From contig CAWFHD010000003.1 in NCBI GenBank assembly GCA_963815475.1, positions 4,218,566-4,282,565 of the forward strand: a DNA stretch of 64,000 bases, written 5' to 3'. Positions within the stretch are counted from its first letter, which is position 1. Every line of letters begins with the position of its first letter. The notes under the pieces are model-generated. The model saw nothing but the letters and a program-made list of their open reading frames with translations. It was not told the DNA's origin and did not search any database. This document shows, in pieces, positions 20,478 to 28,652 of this stretch. The stretch comes from an uncultured Solibacteraceae bacterium. Lineage in GTDB: Bacteria; Acidobacteriota; Terriglobia; Bryobacterales; Bryobacteraceae. Position numbers and translations under genes: made by a program.

Positions 20478-22028
20478 ATGCGCAGAGACTTAGCGCCCGA
20501 CAGGTTGCCGTCCTTGCATTCTCACTTCCCTCCAACGACGGCAGTCAGTCGCCCCGTCGCGCCTCCCGCTTATCGTCCACAGGCGCTGCGGAGAGACGTG
20601 CAGCCAAAGAAGACACATGCCGTCGTGAGCCGGCAGCCGACCAACTCTCCTCCTGTCTACCGCCCGCAGCCAGCCCCGCGGGTCCTGCAATCAAGAAATG
20701 CGCCGACGCCAAACGGATCGCGCCAGGCGTTTGCGCTTCCGGCCTATCGTTCGCACCCAACGAGTGCCCTCCGGCCCGCGCCGCCGGTGTATCGCCCACA
20801 AGTAGCGGGAATCCTGCAGCCTCCACCCGTCTATCGTGCCCAGTCGGCGCCTGTGCGCGTGCAACCCAAGATCGCCAGCCCGGTGCAGATGCGAAATGCC
20901 TTCCCGCAAAATCGCAGAGCGGCGGCGCCGAACGGCATCGCTCAGTGGTCGCCGGTTCGACCGGCGGCATCGGCCGCGGCTGGACCTCAAACCGTGCAGA
21001 GACTCGTCGATTTGTCCCAGTCGGACATTTCCGCCAATGGCAGATACATCGTCGAACGGAAGGACCCTACTGTCCTTTACAGCACATTAAACGCCTTGCC
21101 GCCGGAGCCGTACGCCTTGTACGCGCGCGGGAGGGACATCGCCCACTACAAGCACAAGGAAATCTGGGTGAATTCGTGGAAGCCCAACGTGAGGTTCCTG
21201 TCAAGGGCGGAGACTCAGGCGGAGCCGGTAATCGACAAGCCAGGCACATACACGTATAAGACCAGGGGCATGTTTGGCGAAAGTTCGGAGTCCTACAGTA
21301 TCGGGGAATTGCAGAATCAAGTGTTCAACCCCAAACCCGGTTTGGATGGACCTCCCCTGATCGGCGCCTTGGGTAAGAACGACTGCAACATCTGGGCGAC
21401 GACGCTCCAGCATATGATCGCTGCAGGAAAAGGCTCAGCCAACGAGATGGCCACTGGCCGGAAGCAACCCCGAACCCTGAATCTCCAGTCACCGGCAACC
21501 ACACCTGCCGACCTGACTTTGCACGTAGGCGATCTGATGAAGCATGTGTTTGACGGAACCTCCTCATGCCGCTACCATGCCGCGACTGTCGCGGCGAAGG
21601 ACGGCGCTAGTCTGATCACGCTCGAAGCCAATGTGGATTTGGATCTCTCGCGGCCGCAGTTTCATGTCCACAAAGGATTGGCCGGTTTTGCCAGCGCTGG
21701 CATCGAGGAGAAACTCGGCGATAAAGTTGAGGTCGTTCCGGTCAAAGGTATCACTTACGATGCGATTGTCGCGGACAAGGAAAAGCGCGAAGGCCGGTTC
21801 GAGAAGTTCGGCACAATCGATCGGGAAGATTGGGAATACTTCGAGAAGAAGAATCTTACCTACCGCAACACGTTGGCCGGCGAGATCGGTATTACTTCAA
21901 CTGCCGAGAAGGCGCGCCGCGATCAAGCGGCTATGAAGCTCAGGCCGGAGTTTGACAAGATCCTCTACCAGATGCAGCAGGGCCTCATCGACCGTACGAC
22001 TTACACTGATTTTCCGCGGATTGATTGA
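20478..22028 (+). CDS. Hypothetical protein: Pro/Arg/Gln-rich N-terminus with five PPxYRxQ repeats plus a ~335-aa globular C-terminal domain
   Basis: ATG 20478 (MRRDLAPDR...). The track start at 20196 overlaps the divergent permease gene. Repeats are APPAYRPQ, SPPVYRPQ, LPAYRSH, APPVYRPQ and PPPVYRAQ. No signal peptide was seen. Confidence 0.6.
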   Translation: MRRDLAPDRLPSLHSHFPPTTAVSRPVAPPAYRPQALRRDVQPKKTHAVVSRQPTNSPPVYRPQPAPRVLQSRNAPTPNGSRQAFALPAYRSHPTSALRPAPPVYRPQVAGILQPPPVYRAQSAPVRVQPKIASPVQMRNAFPQNRRAAAPNGIAQWSPVRPAASAAAGPQTVQRLVDLSQSDISANGRYIVERKDPTVLYSTLNALPPEPYALYARGRDIAHYKHKEIWVNSWKPNVRFLSRAETQAEPVIDKPGTYTYKTRGMFGESSESYSIGELQNQVFNPKPGLDGPPLIGALGKNDCNIWATTLQHMIAAGKGSANEMATGRKQPRTLNLQSPATTPADLTLHVGDLMKHVFDGTSSCRYHAATVAAKDGASLITLEANVDLDLSRPQFHVHKGLAGFASAGIEEKLGDKVEVVPVKGITYDAIVADKEKREGRFEKFGTIDREDWEYFEKKNLTYRNTLAGEIGITSTAEKARRDQAAMKLRPEFDKILYQMQQGLIDRTTYTDFPRID

Positions 22029-22047
22029 CACTGGAAGGGTTCGGCCG

Positions 22048-23034
22048 CTATCCGACCTGGCGATTCTGCTCAGGCATTATGACTACTTTTCCCCGAGCGT
22101 GTCCTTCCTCCAGATACCGGATCGCCGCAGCGACTTCGCTCAACGGATAACACTTGTCGATGACCGGCATGACCTTCCGGGCCTCCATCAGCTCCTGAAT
22201 GAGCGTGAAGTCCTCTTTGTTGGACTTCGCGATAAATGGGACCAGGCCTTGGCTCACGAACCGCGACAAAACGAGCGCTCCGAGGAAACGGGCCACCGGA
22301 CCGAGCCAACGACCGTTCGGTCCGCTAACCACAACCAATCTCCCTGTGGGGCTCAGGATTCGCCTGCATGCAAATAAGGAGTGATTTCCAATGCAGTCTA
22401 GCAAGAGATCGTAGCCTTGGAGACTTTTGGTGAAATCCGCTTGAGTGTAATCGATCACTTGATCCGCGCCGAGTGTTCGAACAAGGTCCACGTTCCTTGA
22501 ACTGCACACCCCAGTCACAGAGGCGCCGAACCACTTGGCAATTTGCACTGCGAACGTGCCCACGCCACCTGAGGCGCCGTTGATCAGCACCTTCTGCCCC
22601 GGCTGAATCCGGCCCTGATCGCGTAGACCCTGCAAAGCAGTCAATGCGGCCACAGGCGCTGCGGCCGCCTGCTCAAATGTCACGTGTACCGACTTCGCGG
22701 CGAATGCCGATTCGGAAGCGCACGCATATTCGGCAAAGGCTCCTCTGCACAGGCCGAAGACCTCGTCGCCTGGTTGGAAACGGCCGACGTTCTCTCCGAC
22801 CGCCTCCACCTGGCCGGCTACATCGACGCCCAGTCGCATGTCCTTTGGCTTGAGCAGCCCGCCCATCATGCGAATGATATACGGCGAACCTCTCATCGTG
22901 TGCCAGTCGAGCGGATTGACGGAAGCGGCGCGAACTTTGATGAGGACTTCGCCGTTCTTGGGGACCGGCTTTTCAATGTCCTTGATCAGGACAACGTCCG
23001 GAGGGCCGTATCGGCAGCACACGGCGGCTTTCAT
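22048..23034 (-). CDS. Medium-chain dehydrogenase/reductase (zinc-type alcohol dehydrogenase / quinone oxidoreductase)
   Basis: MKAAVCCRYGPPDVV...EVLIKVRAASVNPLDWH. Nucleotide-binding motif INGASGGVGTFAVQIAK. Confidence 0.85.
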   Translation of the reverse strand: MKAAVCCRYGPPDVVLIKDIEKPVPKNGEVLIKVRAASVNPLDWHTMRGSPYIIRMMGGLLKPKDMRLGVDVAGQVEAVGENVGRFQPGDEVFGLCRGAFAEYACASESAFAAKSVHVTFEQAAAAPVAALTALQGLRDQGRIQPGQKVLINGASGGVGTFAVQIAKWFGASVTGVCSSRNVDLVRTLGADQVIDYTQADFTKSLQGYDLLLDCIGNHSLFACRRILSPTGRLVVVSGPNGRWLGPVARFLGALVLSRFVSQGLVPFIAKSNKEDFTLIQELMEARKVMPVIDKCYPLSEVAAAIRYLEEGHARGKVVIMPEQNRQVG

Positions 23035-23076
23035 GGCGTTCAGTATAGCCGCTCAGAGCGTTAATTCGCAGGGGGC

Positions 23077-24444
23077 TCATGCGGCGCCAGCCTGCGCCAC
23101 AGTGGGCTTGATGTTGTAATTCACGCGGAAGAAGTTAGTTGGGTCGTACTTCTTTTTGACGGCGGCCAGGCGCGGCAGATTGGGACCGAACGCTGTGTTG
23201 ATGACCGCTTCAACTTCGATGTCGAGCGCGGAAAGGAGATGCGCGTTCGCGGAGAAAGGACGAAGGAGTTCTTCGCCTGCCCGAGCCCAATCGCGGTGGG
23301 CCGTCGTCTCGGCCGGGTCTGTCCACTGAGCGATAAACAGAATATCCCAGGGGAGATCACGGTGCGGGAACGCGGTGGCATCAATAGGAACCCGGCCAGC
23401 GGCGCCGCCGTAAAATTCCAGAACGACGGCGGAAAGTGGCGAGGTCATTCGGTTGGCATGTTCGACAATTGCGGCGATCGCATCGTCAGGCAAATCGCGC
23501 TGCAGCGTGGATTTCCAATAGTTCTGATTCCCATCGGGAAAAGATGGCGCAAGCAAAGCCTGCATGGCCGGGAAAGGTAAAGGCTGGATGGCATCGACCA
23601 CCGGCGTGCCGAAGGCCCGAAGCGGTTTCAAGACGCGTTCACCTTCGGCAATCTCGCCGCAGTAGCATGGGATCAGCCCGACTAGCGGAGTGCCGTCGGG
23701 ACCATGAAGAAGCGCGGCATAGCATGTGAGCTCGTCGGGAGCGGACTGCATGTAGTCACGGAAGTGCCGGATCACATCGATGGCAACGCTGCGAGGGTAC
23801 AGGAGTAGGCCGCCCAAAACAGTGTGTACGGGGTGGGCTTGGAACTCGAAAGACGTGACTACGCCGAAGTTCCCGCCTCCGCCGCGAAGAGCCCAGAAGA
23901 GATCTTCGTTCTCAGAGACACTCGCGGTGACGACTCTGCTGTCGGCCGTGACTAGCTGGCAAGATAGCAGATTGTCGATGGACATACCGTATTTGCGAAG
24001 CAACCAACCGACGCCACCGCCGAGAGTGAGACCTCCAATACCAGTCTTTGGGACGATACCGCAGGGGACTGCGAGACTGAAGACGTGCGTTTCGCGATCG
24101 AGATCGCCAAGCGTCGCGCCGCCTTGAACGCGAACGGTATGCCTTGCGGTATCCACGTAGACGGAACGCATTCGCGAAAGGTCTATTACCAGGCCGTCAT
24201 CGCACAGCGCGCGGCCTCCAACATTGTGGCCCCCGCCACGAATCGCCGTCAGCAAATTGTTCGTGCGCGCAAAGTTTATGGCTGTCACCACGTCGGCGAG
24301 GCCCGAGCAGCGCGCAATGAGCGCCGGATGTTTTTCGACGCTGGCATTCCAGATTTGGCGGGCGTCGTTGTAGCCTGCGTCCGCAGGCTCAAAAAGCTGA
24401 CCGTGGAATGAAGTTTTGAGCGATTGAATGTCGATTGCAGGCAT
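23077..24444 (-). CDS. FAD-linked oxidase with berberine-bridge-enzyme-like C-terminus
   Basis: FAD_binding_4-type motif AIRGGGHNVGG. C-terminal KKKYDPTNFFRVNYNI. ATG 24444 is preferred over the TTG at 24480. Confidence 0.8.
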   Translation of the reverse strand: MPAIDIQSLKTSFHGQLFEPADAGYNDARQIWNASVEKHPALIARCSGLADVVTAINFARTNNLLTAIRGGGHNVGGRALCDDGLVIDLSRMRSVYVDTARHTVRVQGGATLGDLDRETHVFSLAVPCGIVPKTGIGGLTLGGGVGWLLRKYGMSIDNLLSCQLVTADSRVVTASVSENEDLFWALRGGGGNFGVVTSFEFQAHPVHTVLGGLLLYPRSVAIDVIRHFRDYMQSAPDELTCYAALLHGPDGTPLVGLIPCYCGEIAEGERVLKPLRAFGTPVVDAIQPLPFPAMQALLAPSFPDGNQNYWKSTLQRDLPDDAIAAIVEHANRMTSPLSAVVLEFYGGAAGRVPIDATAFPHRDLPWDILFIAQWTDPAETTAHRDWARAGEELLRPFSANAHLLSALDIEVEAVINTAFGPNLPRLAAVKKKYDPTNFFRVNYNIKPTVAQAGAA

Positions 24445-24602
24445 AAACTGGCACACCAGTCTATCGCATTCATGTTGCAACGTGGACTGGCTCCCCCCGC
24501 CGGAAGACGCAGCGCAACACGCGCGGAAACGACTGTAAACTCAGGCCGCGCCACGTCAATCCATCCAGCCGTCTTACGCAATTGCTGGTAGTGATTGTCG
24601 CA

Positions 24603-25544
24603 ATGAAAAGGCTCCGGCGTCCGGCCGCCGTTCTGATTCTGTCCGTAGGCGCCATGCTCGCCTACCTGCTGCGCGGGGGATTTCAGCGTTTCGAAATCAC
24701 GCCGTATCGAGTTCCGACCGCCGCATTCCGAAGCTGGCAGGATGTGCTGGCCCATCCGGGTGCTATTTCTATGGGGACCGTTCAGACGGGCGTCGTCCAC
24801 ATGGACGCTTGTCTGAACCTCGACCCGGATAGCCCCAGGCAAACCGAATGCGACCATGCGCCGCGCGATCTCGCAGTGCTGTTTCACTGGGTGCGCCATC
24901 CCACTCGCGGGGACTTCCTGATCGACGCGGGCTTCGACGACTCGTTCGCGAAACATCCGCCGTACGGCAACTACACCGGCGCTATGCGATTGTTCAATTG
25001 GGTGAATGGCGTAACCAATCGGCAGGATCCCGGGGCCGATCTGGCTTCGCAGCTCGCGCGCGTGAACGTTCATCCTAAGGCGGTGTTTTTCACTCACCTC
25101 CATCCCGATCACACCGCCGGCGTTCCTGCTCTCGGGCCGGAAACCGAGTTGATTTTCGGCAAGGCCGAAGCCGGCTTCCTGGCGCGCGCCGGTGTCGCGA
25201 ACCACTTCTCCGGCAAGTCAAAGTTTTCCAGCATCGATTTTTCGACCGCGCCTGAGATGGCGCCTCTAGGGCGCAGTGTCGATCTCTTCGGTGACGGATC
25301 GTTCTGGGCGATCTCGGCGCCCGGCCACACCGATGACAGCATCGCGTACCTGATCAACGGAAGCACGCCAGTTCTATTGACCGGGGATGCGAGCCACTTC
25401 GCCTGGGCGTTCCAGGCCGGTGTGGGGCCGCGTGGCTGGAACAAGGCGGGAACCGCTCGCGGCTACGTGAGCCTGGAACAACTGCGAGCCTTTGCCAAAG
25501 CCTATCCACGCGTAAAGCTGATTTACGGACACGAAGCCCTTTAG
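24603..25544 (+). CDS. MBL-fold metallo-hydrolase
   Basis: HxHxDH motif FFTHLHPDHTAGV. N-terminal hydrophobic segment MKRLRRPAAVLILSVGAML. ATG 24603 is preferred over TTG 24582. Confidence 0.8.
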   Translation: MKRLRRPAAVLILSVGAMLAYLLRGGFQRFEITPYRVPTAAFRSWQDVLAHPGAISMGTVQTGVVHMDACLNLDPDSPRQTECDHAPRDLAVLFHWVRHPTRGDFLIDAGFDDSFAKHPPYGNYTGAMRLFNWVNGVTNRQDPGADLASQLARVNVHPKAVFFTHLHPDHTAGVPALGPETELIFGKAEAGFLARAGVANHFSGKSKFSSIDFSTAPEMAPLGRSVDLFGDGSFWAISAPGHTDDSIAYLINGSTPVLLTGDASHFAWAFQAGVGPRGWNKAGTARGYVSLEQLRAFAKAYPRVKLIYGHEAL

Positions 25545-25717
25545 TGTTGCCGGTGGTCTGGCCATCGGCGGATGGCCGTGATTACCCTGAGGGCGTCGTG
25601 CGTTTACGCCCCATCCGCGGTCATAGAAGCTGTGATGAAGGCAACCTGCCGAGTCGATCCGCGATTGACGGCCTATTCTATCGGGATTTAGCATTTTAGT
25701 TAGGACAGGGCACAGCA

Positions 25718-26242
25718 ATGGGATTGTCGTGGCAACAAGGCCCGCTCTCACCGGGAGCAGTCGGACGGTTCCTTCTGCCTGAACCGCTGCCCCAGAGATT
25801 GTTATACGTCGAGCCTCTGCGGCGGCGCATGCGCGTGCGTTTCGGACGAGACTGGATTGTGGACAGCGAAGACGTCCTCCTGCTGTTTGAACCGGGCCAT
25901 TATCCCATGGCCTACTTCAGGGAAGCCGACGTCTCACCGGAAACTTTGCAACGCGCAGACATCGACGATTCCGCATTGAGGCGGGTGGAACACCAGACCT
26001 TTTGCCCCTACAAAGGACTGCGCAGCTACTACGACATCGGTGACGCGAATCTGGCAGCATGGTCGTATCGTGACGCCTACTCTCAAGTCGGCCGCATATC
26101 CGATCTGGTGTCGTTCGAGCCCGACATTGTCTCCGTCGAACTCGATGGGGTCCGACTCCATCTGGTGCAGGGTCAGACCGTCATTCCGCACGGGCCTGAT
26201 CGCGACCTCGACGTGCCCCTGGCCGTCCCAGCTCTCAAGTAA
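25718..26242 (+). CDS. DUF427 domain protein
   Basis: FCPYKGLRSYYDIGDANLAAWSYRD is the DUF427 core motif as I remember it. Confidence 0.65.
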   Translation: MGLSWQQGPLSPGAVGRFLLPEPLPQRLLYVEPLRRRMRVRFGRDWIVDSEDVLLLFEPGHYPMAYFREADVSPETLQRADIDDSALRRVEHQTFCPYKGLRSYYDIGDANLAAWSYRDAYSQVGRISDLVSFEPDIVSVELDGVRLHLVQGQTVIPHGPDRDLDVPLAVPALK

Positions 26243-26286
26243 CCATAAGGGAGCTGCCGGCAGTGGCTCTCAGCTCGCGGAGGAAA

Positions 26287-28038
26287 ATGCCTCGGCTTCT
26301 ATCGGTTAATGTCGGACTCCCACTCGATGTCCGTTGGAAGGGGCGAACCGTACACACCGGAGTCTGGAAGAGTCCGGTGCGCGGCCGCTGTAGGGTCGGG
26401 CGATTGAATCTCAACGGGGATGGTCAAGGCGACCTGGCCGGGCATGGGGGAGAACAGCGCGCGATTTTCGTCTACCAGATCGAATCGTACCGTTATTGGC
26501 AGGAGCAATTGAAGAGGGCCAACTTCGTTCATGGACAATTCGGCGAGAACTTTACGATCGAAGGATTGTCCGACGATGCCACTTGCATCGGCGACCGTTA
26601 TCAGATCGGCAGCGCGTTGTTTGAGGTCACCCAGCCGCGCGTCACCTGCTACCGCGTCGGCATACGGATGAACGAGCCCAGGATGCCGGCATTGCTGACA
26701 TCGAGTGGACGGCCGGGCTTCTACTTTCGCGTCCTCCATGAAGGCGAAGTAGGGGAAGGCGACGAGATCGTGAAGGTCGGAGAGGCGAAGGAGCGCATGA
26801 CAGTCGCCGAAACCAACGCGCTTCTCTATTCGCCCGATCATTCACGCGATCGACTCGAACGCGCGCTGCGGATCGAGGCGCTTTCGCCCGGATGGCGCGC
26901 GTCGTTCGAAGCATTGCTGCAAGGCCCAGCAAATGGGAATGCCGGGTTAGTCCCGGAAGCTGCCGCGCATCCGGTGGCGCCAGGATTTCGGAAGCTCGCG
27001 GTGACGGGGATCGATCGGGAGTCCGCCGACGTCGTCTCGCTGACGATGCAGAACTCGGACGGTCAGCCGTTGCCAACGGCTCTACCCGGCCAGTATGTCG
27101 TGCTGCGCCTTCCAAGGATCGCCGGCGGACCGCCCCTCTTTCGCAGCTACTCGCTCTCGGGTCCCGCTTCTACGGAGCGCTATCGAATCAGCGTCAAGAT
27201 CGAACTGAATGGCGCGGCGGGAACTTACCTGCGGGACAGGGTTCACGTGGGTGATCCTCTCGACGTCAGCTCACCGCGCGGAAGCTTCATTCTGCAAGCC
27301 TGCGAGCGCCCGGTGGTACTGCTCAGCGCGGGAATCGGCGCCACGCCTGTCCTCGCGATGCTGCACGCGCTCGCGGCGGCCTGCTCCGCACGCCAGGTGT
27401 TGTGGATTCACGCAGCTCGCGACCGGGAGCACCATCCGTTCGCCGGCGAAGTCCGCCGGCTTATGCTCGCTCTACCGCACGCCCGAAGTTACGTTTGTTA
27501 TAGCAGGCCTGGCTCGCGCGACAAGATCGGAGAAGATTTTGACACTGGCGATCACCTTTCGCGAGCCATTTTCGACAAGATCGGTGTCGCATCGGAATCG
27601 GATGTCTACCTCTGCGGGCCCACCCGCTTCATGGCCGATATGAAAGAGGCGCTGACAAGCCTGGGCGTGGCGCCGCAGCGGATTCGTGCCGAAATCTTCA
27701 ATGGCGGCGAGTCGATGACTCCTGGTGTAGTCGGTGCCGTGACGAAAGCCCCGCATCTGCCCGCGAACGACGCCGACACCGGTCCGCTGGTTTCCTTCGC
27801 GCGTAGCGGCATCGCCGCGCACTGGAACGGGTCGGCGTATCAAAGCATTTTGGAACTGGCTGAAGCGTGCGACGTTCCGGTCCGTTGGGCGTGCCGGACC
27901 GGAGTTTGTCATAGCTGTGAGACCGGTTTGGTTTCGGGAGCAGTGGTCTACGAACCGCAGCCGCTCGATAACCCAGCAGAAGGCAACCTCCTGGTCTGCT
28001 GTTCACAGCCGACCCGTGACGTGGTGATCGATCTGTGA
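26287..28038 (+). CDS. MOSC domain / FNR-like FAD-NAD reductase / 2Fe-2S ferredoxin fusion protein
   Basis: ATG 26287 follows GGAGGA. MOSC N-terminus (LLSVNVGLP...GDRYQIGSALFEVTQPRVTC). FNR motifs RSYSLS and SAGIGATPVLAML. Ferredoxin motif CRTGVCHSCETG...C. Confidence 0.85.
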   Translation: MPRLLSVNVGLPLDVRWKGRTVHTGVWKSPVRGRCRVGRLNLNGDGQGDLAGHGGEQRAIFVYQIESYRYWQEQLKRANFVHGQFGENFTIEGLSDDATCIGDRYQIGSALFEVTQPRVTCYRVGIRMNEPRMPALLTSSGRPGFYFRVLHEGEVGEGDEIVKVGEAKERMTVAETNALLYSPDHSRDRLERALRIEALSPGWRASFEALLQGPANGNAGLVPEAAAHPVAPGFRKLAVTGIDRESADVVSLTMQNSDGQPLPTALPGQYVVLRLPRIAGGPPLFRSYSLSGPASTERYRISVKIELNGAAGTYLRDRVHVGDPLDVSSPRGSFILQACERPVVLLSAGIGATPVLAMLHALAAACSARQVLWIHAARDREHHPFAGEVRRLMLALPHARSYVCYSRPGSRDKIGEDFDTGDHLSRAIFDKIGVASESDVYLCGPTRFMADMKEALTSLGVAPQRIRAEIFNGGESMTPGVVGAVTKAPHLPANDADTGPLVSFARSGIAAHWNGSAYQSILELAEACDVPVRWACRTGVCHSCETGLVSGAVVYEPQPLDNPAEGNLLVCCSQPTRDVVIDL

Positions 28039-28063
28039 TGACCGTTGCAAGGAGAAGAAGTGC

Positions 28064-28381
28064 TTGCAACGATCTGATCTTGCCCGCTGGGCTGTCGTGC
28101 CGATGCGAATCCTGGTCGGCTGTGGCTTCATCGAGCACGGCTTCGCCAAGTTATCGAGAGGCCACGATGCATTTGGCGGTATCCTGCAGCGCCTCGGCGT
28201 GCCAATGCCGCAAGTAGCGGCGTGGTTGACAATCGGCACGGAACTCGTCGGAGGCTTGGCATTATTGCTCGGAGCTTTCGTGGTTTGGGCGAGCATTCCC
28301 ACGGCGGGAGTTTTACTGGTCGCGATGCACAGCTCGAACGTGGCGTCCAGGTTAGTGAGATTCGGCACAGGACGCCCATAG
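28064..28381 (+). CDS. DoxX-family membrane protein, probably C-terminally truncated or degenerate
   Basis: The N-terminal ~85 aa look DoxX-like (RWAVVPMRILVGCGFIEHGFAKL...VAAWLTIGTELVGGLALLLG). The last ~20 aa (HSSNVASRLVRFGTGRP*) are not membrane-like, and 105 aa is short for the family. Confidence 0.5.
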   Translation: MQRSDLARWAVVPMRILVGCGFIEHGFAKLSRGHDAFGGILQRLGVPMPQVAAWLTIGTELVGGLALLLGAFVVWASIPTAGVLLVAMHSSNVASRLVRFGTGRP

Positions 28382-28564
28382 GAGCCTGGGACGATAATTT
28401 CGCGCCCGGCTCGACGCCGCGCGCGGAAATTATGCCAGCTTCGCATACTACTCCGATCCGAATGCCAACATCTGGGTATTACAAGAGCGGGGCTACAACG
28501 CGCGCCGGTAAAAACACGCGGACGAGGTGAGTGCGATAAAATTTGCTCAGTTACGAGATTTGAT

Positions 28565-28593
28565 TTGCCTACAGAAACAACTGCGCTTATATT
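28565..28593 (+). promoter_or_regulatory. Sigma70-like promoter candidate for the beta-propeller gene
   Basis: TTGCCT, 17-nt spacer, TATATT, ending about 60 nt upstream of the start at 28653. Confidence 0.4.
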
Positions 28594-28652
28594 TACCCAA
28601 GTACTGACAACCTGTTCCCTCGGCGCGGAAGGCTCAAGCCAGGAGGTGCAAT

